From Cryomorphaceae bacterium (lineage in GTDB: Bacteria > Bacteroidota > Bacteroidia > Flavobacteriales > Flavobacteriaceae), in assembly GCA_003331885.1 (NCBI GenBank), contig QOPZ01000001.1, positions 20,710 to 84,709 on the forward strand: DNA of 64,000 nt, written 5' to 3'. The position numbers were made by a program, and so were the translations under genes. The notes beneath the pieces are model-generated. The model was not told the origin of the DNA. It searched no databases and saw only the letters and a list, made by a program, of their open reading frames with translations. Below, one piece after another: positions 55,606-64,000 of this stretch (position 1 is its first letter; every line of letters begins with the position of its first letter).

Positions 55606-56969
55606 TAAATAAAGAATAAGTTAAGAGCTATTACCATGAATAAACCATAAAAGATTTGTAAATATATTGTTTTTAAATTCGAAAAAACCAAATCTCTTGA
55701 ATTATAGTTTTTGTATAAATTAAAAAAAGCGAAAAGACCATAAATAAATAACAATCCATTTCCAGCATAAAAAATACTTTTATTAAAATTTAAAAGGTTT
55801 TCAGCAAGGATTTCAGTTAGATAAATTGATGAACCAAAAGCTGCTAATAGAATTAATAAATATCCCCATCTAGCATTTTTCTTTCCTAGAGTTACAATCA
55901 AATGGTTTTTTCCAGTCGAAGCATCACTGACAGTATCTGGATATTGATTGATATATAATATGTTTGTTGTTAATAAACCAAAGGGTACACCAAGGTAAAT
56001 TGCATTAAAAAATTCTTGAGAATATATTTCAACAGTTGAATTTGAAATTGCAAATAATGCACCTAATGTAAGTACTGGTCCAAAAGCTAAGAAAATAGCA
56101 ATTTCACCAAGGCCTCTTCTTGAAACAAGTCTCAAAGGTCTGGCAGTATAAAAATAACCTAACAGGCCTCCAATTAATCCTAAAATCAAAGCATTTTGAG
56201 CATTAGAAATTTCACCAGTTACATTAAAACTATTAAATAGTAAAGTACCAGTTACAATTACGGCTGAAAATAACATTTTTCTAGCAAGAGATAAAGTGCC
56301 TTTGTGAGTTATTAAGCCAAGTTCTACTGCCCTACTTCCACCAGAAAGCTGAGCACCCTCTAAAACTGTTGAATTAAGACCTGCATTGAAATATTCGTTA
56401 TTAGCACCATCAGTACCATCCTTCACATCATAATAGTCATTAAATAAGTTTGAAGAAACATGTAAAAAAACAATACCAAGTGAACACAAGATTAGAGATA
56501 TAATATTAAATAATCCATCTCCTGATCCTGCCATAAAAGCAGCAATTGCAAAAATTGGAAATAGAGAAGCACTTGTGAAACCTCCTCTTGTTATTGCAAA
56601 AGCCCATTTAATAAAAATTGTTGAAAATTTTATAGGAATTTTAACTTCTTCATTTATTGGTATTGTTATTCCGCAGTATCCAGTCTGTGGATTGTTTTTT
56701 CCATTACTAAATGTTGGAGTAATTTTGATAGCAGCATTAAACTTAGTGCCATCTTTTCTTATGAAATAAGTTTTGGTATTGTGTTCACCATCTTTTATAG
56801 CAGATGCAAGCCAATTACCAACATTTTGAATAACAATTTCACCTGCTGAAAATAAAGACACTCTCTTTTTTCCAACTAATTCTTCTTTACTGTACCCAAA
56901 AAGTTTTTCACCATCTGGATTAATTTTTTCTATTACGCCTTCAAGGTCACAAATAATTATACTTTTCAT
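55605..56969 (-). CDS. PAS-domain::UbiA-superfamily (MenA-like) prenyltransferase fusion
   Basis: 454 aa from ATG 56969. Residues about 1-110 form a PAS domain (DLEGVIEKINPDGEKLFGYSKEELVGK ... FIRKDGTKFNAAIKITP). A polytopic domain follows, with MenA-type motifs FNDYYDVKDGTD and YPDTVSDASTGKNHLIVTLG. Its stop overlaps the CPBP ATG (TAATG). Confidence 0.75.
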   Translation of the reverse strand: MKSIIICDLEGVIEKINPDGEKLFGYSKEELVGKKRVSLFSAGEIVIQNVGNWLASAIKDGEHNTKTYFIRKDGTKFNAAIKITPTFSNGKNNPQTGYCGITIPINEEVKIPIKFSTIFIKWAFAITRGGFTSASLFPIFAIAAFMAGSGDGLFNIISLILCSLGIVFLHVSSNLFNDYYDVKDGTDGANNEYFNAGLNSTVLEGAQLSGGSRAVELGLITHKGTLSLARKMLFSAVIVTGTLLFNSFNVTGEISNAQNALILGLIGGLLGYFYTARPLRLVSRRGLGEIAIFLAFGPVLTLGALFAISNSTVEIYSQEFFNAIYLGVPFGLLTTNILYINQYPDTVSDASTGKNHLIVTLGKKNARWGYLLILLAAFGSSIYLTEILAENLLNFNKSIFYAGNGLLFIYGLFAFFNLYKNYNSRDLVFSNLKTIYLQIFYGLFMVIALNLFFI

Positions 56970-56987
56970 TTTTAATAAATTAAAGGG

Positions 56988-56995
56988 CAAATGTA
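56988..56995 (-). promoter_or_regulatory. Candidate -7 promoter element (TAnnTTTG) for the PAS-MenA/CPBP unit
   Basis: The reverse strand reads tacatttg, and its G lies 19 nt upstream of ATG 56969. Confidence 0.4.
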
Positions 56996-57025
56996 ATATA
57001 TATCCTAGAAAATGATATAAGCAAT

Positions 57026-57442
57026 TTATTTTTTTTCTAGAACCATTGTAGTAAGCTTACAATGGGAAACTAAATTGTCTTCTTTATCTTTAATTTGAAT
57101 TTCCCAAATATGTGTTCTTTTTCCAATATGAATTGGATTTGCTCTTGCAAAAACAAAGCCATTTTTAACAGATCTTAGGTGATTTGCGGAAATTTCAATT
57201 CCTCTTATTGTATGAGTAACTGGATTAATAAATAAATAAGAAGCTGCACTACCAACTGATTCAGCTAAAGCAACACTTGCTCCTCCATGCAAAACTTTAT
57301 CCGGTTGTAATACCTTTGAATTCACGGGCATTTTAGCTACTAAATAATTTTCTCCAACATCAATGTATTTTATGTTAAGCAACTCCATTAATGTATTTTT
57401 ATTTGATCTGTTTATAATTTTAAGTTTTAGACTCTTATTCAT
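57026..57442 (-). CDS. PaaI/YbgC-type hotdog thioesterase (DHNA-CoA-thioesterase-like)
   Basis: 138 aa from ATG 57442 (MNKSLKLKI...). It carries the block LHGGASVALAESVGSAAS. The 211-aa track ORF runs on into the dnaK 3' end and across the dnaK terminator, so it is over-extended. Confidence 0.7.
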   Translation of the reverse strand: MNKSLKLKIINRSNKNTLMELLNIKYIDVGENYLVAKMPVNSKVLQPDKVLHGGASVALAESVGSAASYLFINPVTHTIRGIEISANHLRSVKNGFVFARANPIHIGKRTHIWEIQIKDKEDNLVSHCKLTTMVLEKK

Positions 57443-57457
57443 AACTGACTTAATTGC

Positions 57458-57487
57458 AAAAAAAAACGTGCCACTTAGGCACGTTTT
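57458..57487 (-). terminator. Intrinsic terminator of dnaK
   Basis: Stem cgtgcc(57467-72)/ggcacg(57478-83) with a 5-nt loop. A T9 run follows on the minus strand (A-run 57458-66). Confidence 0.8.
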
Positions 57488-57503
57488 AGTATAATGTAAA
57501 ATT

Positions 57504-59417
57504 TTACTTAACTTCTTCAAAATCAACATCTTGAACATCATCATCAGATCCTTTATCCTTCTTAGATGATTTTTTTGCTTCTGAACCATCAGGCTCAGCT
57601 GTTTTTGCTGATTCTGCTTGGGCTTTATAAAGTTCTTCAGATGCATTTTTCCATGCTTCATTGATTTTTTCGAGCTCAGACTTAATTGAATCTAAATCTT
57701 TAGATTCATGAGCCTTTTTTAATGTAACAAGAGCTTCTTCAATTGCTTTCTTTTTATCATCTGATAACTTATCTCCATATTCTTTTAACTGACTTTCAGT
57801 TTGAAAAATCATGGCGTCAGCGCTATTTAAAGTATCAACTTCTTCTTTTAATTTTTTATCAGATTCAGCATTTGCTTCAGCTTCCTTTTTCATTTTTTCA
57901 ATTTCTTCTTCAGTTAAGCCGGAAGAGGCTTCAATCCTAATGTCTTGAGACTTATTGGTTGCTTTATCTAATGCAGTAACTTGTATTATTCCATTAGCAT
58001 CAATGTCAAAAGTTACTTCAATTTGAGGAACTCCCCTTGGTGAAGGTGGAATACCATCTAAATGAAATCTACCAATAGTTTTATTGTCTTTAGCCATTGA
58101 TCTTTCACCCTGAAGAACATGAATTTCAACTGAGGGTTGATTATCAGCAGCCGTAGAAAAAACTTGAGATTTTTTTGAAGGTATTGTTGTGTTTGACTCA
58201 ATAAGTTTTGTCAATACCCCACCCATTGTTTCAATTCCAAGAGAAAGTGGAGTAACATCCAATAAAAGAACATCTTTTACATCACCAGTTAAAACACCTC
58301 CTTGAATGGCAGCACCAACAGCTACAACTTCATCTGGATTAACTCCTTTTGATGGTTTTTTACCAAAGAATTTTTCTACTTCATTTTGGATTACCGGAAT
58401 TCTAGTTGATCCACCAACTAAAATAACCTCATTAATATCTGATTTATTTAATCCTGCGTCTTTTAATGCCTTTTTAACTGGATCCATTGATCTTTTAACA
58501 AGATCAGAACACAATTGTTCAAATTTAGATCTTGTCAATGTTTTAACCAAATGCTTTGGACCTGAGTCAGTGGCAGTGATATATGGCAAATTAATTTCCG
58601 TTTGTGTTGATGATGAAAGCTCTATTTTAGCCTTTTCAGCAGCTTCTTTAAGTCTCTGTAATGCCATTGGGTCCTTTCTTAAATCAATACTTTCTTGTTC
58701 TTCATATTCAAAAGCTAACCATTGAATTATTGCATCATCAAAATCATCACCACCGAGTCGAGTGTCTCCATTGGTAGATAAAACCTCAAAAACACCATCT
58801 CCAAGTTCTAAAACTGAAATATCAAATGTACCTCCTCCTAAATCATATACAGCTATTTTTTGATCTTTATTAGATTTGTCTAAACCATAAGCTAGAGCTG
58901 CTGCAGTAGGTTCATTAATTATTCTTTGAACTTTTAGCCCTGATATTTCACCAGCTTCTTTAGTTGCTTGTCTTTGTGCATCGTTAAAATATGCAGGTAC
59001 AGTAACAACAGCTTCAGAAACAGATGTTCCTAAATAATCTTCAGCTGTTTTTTTCATTTTTTGTAAAATCATAGCAGAAAGTTCCTGAGGAGTATATAGT
59101 CTACCGTCAATATCTACTCTTGCTGTATCATTGTCACCTTTTACTACCTTAAATGCAGATCTTTTTGCATCATCCTTTGATTCAGAGAACTTACTTCCCA
59201 TAAATCTCTTAATCGATGATATTGTTTTAGTTGGATTTGTGACCGCTTGTCTTTTAGCAGGGTCACCAACCTTAATTTCACCTCCGTCAACGAAAGCTAT
59301 TACTGACGGTGTAGTTCTTTTTCCTTCTGCGTTTGGGATTACAACTGGTTCATTTCCTTCCATAACAGAAACGCATGAGTTAGTTGTTCCTAAATCTATA
59401 CCAATTATTTTGCTCAT
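57504..59417 (-). CDS. dnaK: Molecular chaperone DnaK (Hsp70)
   Basis: 637 aa. [29 protein letters not shown], and an acidic C-terminal tail. Confidence 0.98.
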   Translation of the reverse strand: MSKIIGIDLGTTNSCVSVMEGNEPVVIPNAEGKRTTPSVIAFVDGGEIKVGDPAKRQAVTNPTKTISSIKRFMGSKFSESKDDAKRSAFKVVKGDNDTARVDIDGRLYTPQELSAMILQKMKKTAEDYLGTSVSEAVVTVPAYFNDAQRQATKEAGEISGLKVQRIINEPTAAALAYGLDKSNKDQKIAVYDLGGGTFDISVLELGDGVFEVLSTNGDTRLGGDDFDDAIIQWLAFEYEEQESIDLRKDPMALQRLKEAAEKAKIELSSSTQTEINLPYITATDSGPKHLVKTLTRSKFEQLCSDLVKRSMDPVKKALKDAGLNKSDINEVILVGGSTRIPVIQNEVEKFFGKKPSKGVNPDEVVAVGAAIQGGVLTGDVKDVLLLDVTPLSLGIETMGGVLTKLIESNTTIPSKKSQVFSTAADNQPSVEIHVLQGERSMAKDNKTIGRFHLDGIPPSPRGVPQIEVTFDIDANGIIQVTALDKATNKSQDIRIEASSGLTEEEIEKMKKEAEANAESDKKLKEEVDTLNSADAMIFQTESQLKEYGDKLSDDKKKAIEEALVTLKKAHESKDLDSIKSELEKINEAWKNASEELYKAQAESAKTAEPDGSEAKKSSKKDKGSDDDVQDVDFEEVK

Positions 59418-59513
59418 AATTATTTTTTTTCTAATAAAATCAAGTTTTATGCCATTCTATTATACTGACACTATGGCAGTTTTTTTCTTTTAATTTTTAA
59501 TTACATTTGGCAA

Positions 59514-60326
59514 ATGGAAAAAAAATTGTTCAAGAGAATTACAACTAGGACACTACATGAAATGAAAAAAATGAATGAAAAAATCAGTATGCTTACTGCA
59601 TATGATTATACTTTTTCCAAAATTCTTGATGAAGCAAATATTGATATAATTTTAGTTGGTGACTCTGCTTCAAATGTTTTTGCTGGAAATGAAACTACAG
59701 TTCCTATAACATTAGATGAAATGATATACCACGCTAAATCAGTTGTTAAAGGAGCTAAAAGAGCTTTAGTTGTAGTTGATATGCCCTTTGGAACCTATCA
59801 ATCAAATCCAGATAAAGCTTTGAAATCTGCTATTAGAATAATGAAAGAATCTGGAGCTCATGCAGTAAAACTAGAAGGTGGAAAAGAGGTTAGCGAATCC
59901 ATCAGTAAAATTATTAATGCTGGAATTCCCGTTATGGGGCATCTAGGGCTTACTCCACAATCAATTTATAAATTTGGAACATATAATGTAAGAGGAAAAA
60001 ATAAAATTGAAGCCGATCAACTAATTGAAGACGCTCAAAGCCTGGAAAAATTAGGTTGTTTTTCTACAGTCTTAGAAAAAATTCCACACAAGTTATCTGA
60101 AGAAATCTCAAAAAAAACAAAATTTCCACTGATAGGAATTGGAGCAGGAAATAATGTTGATGGCCAAGTACTTGTAATTCATGATTTGATTGGACTAACT
60201 AATGAATTTAATCCAAGGTTTATAAGAAGATATCTTGATTTAAATTCTTCAATAAAATCAGCAGTTTCTCAATTTATTAAAGATGTTAAATCAAGTGACT
60301 TTCCAAGTAAAGATGAAATGTACTAA
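59514..60326 (+). CDS. panB: 3-methyl-2-oxobutanoate hydroxymethyltransferase
   Basis: 270 aa. MLTAYDY, ILVGDS, VKLEGG, GHLGLTPQS blocks. The start may instead be an internal Met (MKKMNEK). Confidence 0.9.
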   Translation: MEKKLFKRITTRTLHEMKKMNEKISMLTAYDYTFSKILDEANIDIILVGDSASNVFAGNETTVPITLDEMIYHAKSVVKGAKRALVVVDMPFGTYQSNPDKALKSAIRIMKESGAHAVKLEGGKEVSESISKIINAGIPVMGHLGLTPQSIYKFGTYNVRGKNKIEADQLIEDAQSLEKLGCFSTVLEKIPHKLSEEISKKTKFPLIGIGAGNNVDGQVLVIHDLIGLTNEFNPRFIRRYLDLNSSIKSAVSQFIKDVKSSDFPSKDEMY

Positions 60327-60331
60327 AACTC

Positions 60332-60991
60332 ATGAAAGTTGTATATGAGGATAATCATCTAATTATTGTTAATAAAGATCCCGGAGAACTTTCTCAATCT
60401 GATTATACAAAAGATCAATCTTTAGTTGAAAAAGTCAAGAACTATCTAAGGATCAAATATCAAAAAAAAGGGAATGTATTTTTAGGTTTAGTTAACAGGC
60501 TAGATAGACCAACTAGTGGTTTATTAATTTTCTCTAAAACAAGTAAAGCATTAACTAGAATGAATAAACTTTTGAAAGAAAAAAAAATAAAAAAAACGTA
60601 TTTAGCAATCACTGAGAACAAGCCAAAGAATAATAAAGGTGAATTGATTGATTATTTGTTGAAAAATCAAAATAAAAATAAATCATTTGTAGTTGATAAA
60701 ACTCATACCAAATCTAAAAAAGCTATTCTTTCTTATAAATTATTAAAAAGCTTAAAAAATTATTTTTTATTAGAAATAGCTCTTGAAACAGGAAGACATC
60801 ATCAAATAAGATGTCAACTAGCAAATATTGGTTGTTATATTAAGGGAGATATTAAGTATGGCGCTAAAAGACCAAACAAAAATAAAAGTATATCTCTTCA
60901 TTCTAAAAAAATTGAATTTATACATCCAGTTTCAAAATTAAATATTTTAGTTGAAGCAAAACCACCAGATGAAAGCATATGGTTAAACTAA
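60332..60991 (+). CDS. RluA-family pseudouridine synthase (no S4 domain)
   Basis: 219 aa. Catalytic-Asp block NRLDRPTSGLL and TGRHHQIR. Confidence 0.75.
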   Translation: MKVVYEDNHLIIVNKDPGELSQSDYTKDQSLVEKVKNYLRIKYQKKGNVFLGLVNRLDRPTSGLLIFSKTSKALTRMNKLLKEKKIKKTYLAITENKPKNNKGELIDYLLKNQNKNKSFVVDKTHTKSKKAILSYKLLKSLKNYFLLEIALETGRHHQIRCQLANIGCYIKGDIKYGAKRPNKNKSISLHSKKIEFIHPVSKLNILVEAKPPDESIWLN

Positions 60992-61053
60992 ACTATAAAC
61001 TAAATAGCTTATTACTTATATTTTACTAAATTTACTGGCTTGTACGCAATTTA

Positions 61054-62205
61054 ATGAAAGAAATTGTAAAGATTTTTGATACTACATTAAGGGACGGTGA
61101 GCAAGTTCCAGGTTGTAAATTAGAAACTAAAGAAAAATTAAAAATAGCTGAAAAGCTAGACAACTTAGGGGTCGATATAATTGAAGCTGGATTTCCTGTA
61201 TCAAGTCCAGGTGACTTTAATTCAGTTGTTGAAATATCAAAAATTGTTAAAAATGCTTCTGTATGTGGTTTAACTAGAGCTGTTAAAAACGATATTGACG
61301 TTGCTGTTGAATCATTAAAATTAGCAAAAAGACCAAGATTACATACTGGTATTGGAACATCCGATTCTCATATTAAACATAAGTTTAAATCAACAAGAGA
61401 AAAAATTTTAGAAAGGGCTGTCGATGCTGTAAAGTATTCTAAAAAATATATTGAAGATGTAGAGTTTTATGCTGAAGATGCTGGCAGAACAAATAATGAG
61501 TTTCTCGCCCTAGTTTGTGAAAAAGTTATAGATGCTGGTGCTACAGTTTTAAACATCCCAGACACAACTGGATATTGTCTTCCTAACGAATATGGAGAAA
61601 AAATAAGTTTTTTAATTAATAATGTTAAAAATATTGACAAGGCAATTATTTCATGTCACTGTCATAATGATTTAGGTTTAGCAACTGCAAATTCAATCGA
61701 GGGTGTAATTAATGGAGCAAGACAAATTGAATGTACTATTAATGGAATTGGAGAAAGAGCTGGTAATACGTCACTTGAGGAGGTTGTTATGGTATTAAAA
61801 CAACATAATGAATTAGACTTAAATACTAACATAAATAGTAAGTTGTTACTTGAAACTAGCAAAATGGTTTCTGAATTAATGGGCATGGTTGTTCAACCTA
61901 ATAAAGCAATTGTCGGAGAAAATGCATTTGCACACAGTTCTGGAATTCATCAGGACGGTGTTATTAAAAAACGTGAAACATATGAAATTATTGACCCTAG
62001 AGATGTAGGAGTCAATAAATCTTCAATTGTTTTAACTGCGCGAAGTGGTAGAGCTGCCCTTGCATACAGGGCTAAAGGAATTGGTATTAATTTATCAAAA
62101 ATTCAATTAGATAAAGTTTATGATCAGTTTCTAATATTTGCTGATAAAAACAAAGAAGTTACTGATTCAGATTTACCAAATATTATTAAATTATCTAAAA
62201 TTTAA
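61054..62205 (+). CDS. leuA: 2-isopropylmalate synthase, short form lacking the C-terminal regulatory domain
   Basis: 383 aa. [36 protein letters not shown]. It ends after the SGRAAL...[13 protein letters not shown] linker subdomain, and leuC starts 3 nt later. Confidence 0.85.
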   Translation: MKEIVKIFDTTLRDGEQVPGCKLETKEKLKIAEKLDNLGVDIIEAGFPVSSPGDFNSVVEISKIVKNASVCGLTRAVKNDIDVAVESLKLAKRPRLHTGIGTSDSHIKHKFKSTREKILERAVDAVKYSKKYIEDVEFYAEDAGRTNNEFLALVCEKVIDAGATVLNIPDTTGYCLPNEYGEKISFLINNVKNIDKAIISCHCHNDLGLATANSIEGVINGARQIECTINGIGERAGNTSLEEVVMVLKQHNELDLNTNINSKLLLETSKMVSELMGMVVQPNKAIVGENAFAHSSGIHQDGVIKKRETYEIIDPRDVGVNKSSIVLTARSGRAALAYRAKGIGINLSKIQLDKVYDQFLIFADKNKEVTDSDLPNIIKLSKI

Positions 62206-62207
62206 AA

Positions 62208-63599
62208 ATGGGACAGACGTTATTTGATAAGGTATGGGATTCTCATGTGATTAAGAAAATTGATAATGGACCTGATGTTTTATTTATAGATAGACATATG
62301 GTTCATGAAGTAACTAGTCCTGTAGCCTTTTTAGGTCTTAAAGCAAGAAAAATTAAAGTCTTATACCCAGAAAAAACTTTTGCAACTGCTGATCACAATA
62401 CACCAACAAGAAATCAACACATGCCTGTAAAGGATTTGCTTTCCAAAAAGCAATTAGAAGCACTTGAAGAAAATGCAAAACAACACAAAATTTCATATTG
62501 GGGTCTTGGACATGAAAAAAATGGTATTGTTCATGTAATTGGACCGGAACATGGAATCACGCTCCCTGGTGCAACTATAGTTTGTGGTGATTCTCATACT
62601 TCAACACATGGTGCGTTTGGTGCAATTGCTTTTGGAATTGGAACATCTGAAGTTGAAATGGTTTTGTCGACTCAATGTATTATGCAACCAAAACCTAAAA
62701 AAATGCGAATTACAGTTAATGGTAAGTTAAGTAACTCTGTGACTCCAAAAGATGTAGCATTATTTATAATTTCAAAATTATCAACATCTGGTGCAACTGG
62801 ATATTTTGTTGAATATTCTGGAGAAGTATTCTCTAATATGAGCATGGAAGGAAGAATGACTGTTTGTAATTTAAGTATTGAAATGGGTGCACGAGGAGGA
62901 ATGATTGCTCCTGATAAAAAAACCTTCGAATATATTAAAGGAAGAGAGTTTACGCCAAAAAATGATGATTGGCTTAGAGCAATGGACTATTGGAAAACAT
63001 TGTATACAGATCATGATGCTTTATTTGATAAAGAAATATCTTTCAATGGCTCATTAATTGAACCAATGATAACATATGGAACAAATCCTGGAATGGGAAT
63101 TTCAATCAATGAAGGAATTCCAAACTCAGATGATCAAGATGGTAGTAAAAAAACTTTTTTGAAATCCCTTGAATATATGAACTACAATGAAGGTGATAAA
63201 ATAATAGGAAAAAATATTGATTTTGTTTTTTTAGGTAGTTGCACTAATGGTAGAATTGAAGATTTTAGAGCTTTTACAAAAATAGTAAAGGGTAGAAAAA
63301 AAGCCCCTAATGTAACTGCATGGCTTGTTCCAGGTTCTCATAAAGTAGAAAAAGCAATTAAAGAAGAAGGTCTTCTAGACATCTTAAAAGATTCTGGTTT
63401 TGAATTGAGGGAGCCTGGTTGTTCAGCTTGCCTTGCGATGAATGATGATAAAATACCAACTGGAAAATATGCTGTAAGCACGTCAAATAGAAACTTTGAA
63501 GGAAGACAAGGTCCTGGATCAAGAACTTTATTAGCAAGTCCTATAGTTGCAGCAGCAGCTGCAATTACAGGAAAAATAACTGATCCAAGGAAACTATAA
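62208..63599 (+). CDS. leuC: 3-isopropylmalate dehydratase large subunit
   Basis: 463 aa. Aconitase-family Fe-S ligand cysteines in GSCTNGR and CSACLAMN, plus VCGDSHT. Confidence 0.95.
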   Translation: MGQTLFDKVWDSHVIKKIDNGPDVLFIDRHMVHEVTSPVAFLGLKARKIKVLYPEKTFATADHNTPTRNQHMPVKDLLSKKQLEALEENAKQHKISYWGLGHEKNGIVHVIGPEHGITLPGATIVCGDSHTSTHGAFGAIAFGIGTSEVEMVLSTQCIMQPKPKKMRITVNGKLSNSVTPKDVALFIISKLSTSGATGYFVEYSGEVFSNMSMEGRMTVCNLSIEMGARGGMIAPDKKTFEYIKGREFTPKNDDWLRAMDYWKTLYTDHDALFDKEISFNGSLIEPMITYGTNPGMGISINEGIPNSDDQDGSKKTFLKSLEYMNYNEGDKIIGKNIDFVFLGSCTNGRIEDFRAFTKIVKGRKKAPNVTAWLVPGSHKVEKAIKEEGLLDILKDSGFELREPGCSACLAMNDDKIPTGKYAVSTSNRNFEGRQGPGSRTLLASPIVAAAAAITGKITDPRKL

Positions 63600-63603
63600 T
63601 TTT

Positions 63604-64000
63604 ATGGGATACGATAAGTTTAAAATATTAAAAAGCACAGCAGTTCCGTTAGCAATTGAAAATGTTGATACTGATCAAATAATTCCAGCAAGATTTCTTA
63701 AAGCAACAGAAAGGGTTGGCTTTGGTGATAATTTATTTCGTGATTGGAAATATAAACCTAATAATAAATTAAAGAAGAACTTTGTGTTGAATGACGACAA
63801 GTACTCAGGTAGAATTTTAGTTGGTGGTAAAAATTTTGGGTCAGGATCCTCAAGAGAACATGCAGCCTGGGCAATCTATGACTATGGATTTAGATGTGTT
63901 ATTTCTAGTTTTTTTGCAGATATTTTTAAAAATAACTGTTTAAATATTGGAGTTCTTCCAGTTCAGGTTTCCGCTAAATTTTTAGATATAATTTTTAAAG
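63604..64000 (+). CDS. leuD: 3-isopropylmalate dehydratase small subunit (3' end beyond the window)
   Basis: ATG 63604: [34 protein letters not shown]... with [16 protein letters not shown]. Open to the window edge. Confidence 0.9.
   Translation, partial: MGYDKFKILKSTAVPLAIENVDTDQIIPARFLKATERVGFGDNLFRDWKYKPNNKLKKNFVLNDDKYSGRILVGGKNFGSGSSREHAAWAIYDYGFRCVISSFFADIFKNNCLNIGVLPVQVSAKFLDIIFK

Noticed and set aside
57443-57661. Upstream 73-aa extension of the hotdog thioesterase ORF
   Set aside because: It overlaps the dnaK C-terminus in another frame and crosses the dnaK terminator hairpin. The conserved thioesterase fold starts after the Met at 57442.
59450-59486. Inverted repeat tgccat-N17-atggca followed by a T-run in the dnaK-panB divergent spacer
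   Set aside because: The stem is only 6 bp with a 17-nt loop. No plus-strand gene upstream needs a terminator. It is not CIRCE-like (no TTAGCACTC-N9-GAGTGCTAA) and is too weak to call.
58306-59493. Plus-strand ORFs of 139 aa and 120 aa (58306..58725, 59131..59493) reported by the track
   Set aside because: They lie antisense within dnaK, whose minus-strand product is unmistakable. Their translations are low-complexity (S/T/L/P-rich) shadow frames with no motifs.

Overview
Low-GC segment (about 23-38% GC on the lines I counted by hand). It looks like the chromosome of a streamlined marine member of the Flavobacteriia (Bacteroidota). Support for that placement: a SusC/SusD pair, TAnnTTTG -7 promoter motifs, start codons without Shine-Dalgarno tracts, and parA-parB-DUF5683-dapB-lepB-WbqC synteny. 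I can support about 68 protein genes, 4 tRNAs (Ser-GCU truncated at the window edge, Arg-UCU, Pro-UGG, Pro-GGG) and a compact RNase P RNA. Most of the window is core housekeeping: typA, tdh/kbl, trxB, udk, parAB, dapB, lepB, dnaX, ppk1/ppx, pdxH, rnz, pyrBR, ltaE, prfB, fumC, dnaK, panB, leuACD. The accessory content is (i) a xylan-type polysaccharide utilisation locus at 6.6-20 kb (SusC, SusD, sulfatase, GH43, xylB, xylA, Na+/sugar symporter, GH10) and (ii) an adjacent GH20-DUF1080-2xTAT-Gfo/Idh/MocA operon at 20.4-26 kb. Features the ORF track does not show: prfB needs a programmed +1 frameshift (aggagg-tat-CTT-TGA-C); a 55-aa excisionase-type HTH gene; a 54-aa membrane ORF; rnpB; the tRNAs; and several intrinsic terminators. 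The most unusual locus I see is a PAS-domain::MenA-like prenyltransferase fusion translationally coupled to a CPBP (CAAX-type) intramembrane protease and a tiny membrane protein (54.5-57.4 kb). Other points worth a second look are a dnaX A10/A-AAA-AAG slippery site at the domain III/IV boundary, a stand-alone ParB/sulfiredoxin-fold protein, a candidate capnine (sulfonolipid) gene pair, and two candidate LacI-type operators upstream of susC. I saw no CRISPR array, rRNA, transposase, integrase or recognisable defence system. All family assignments come from reading motifs by eye; no searches were run.
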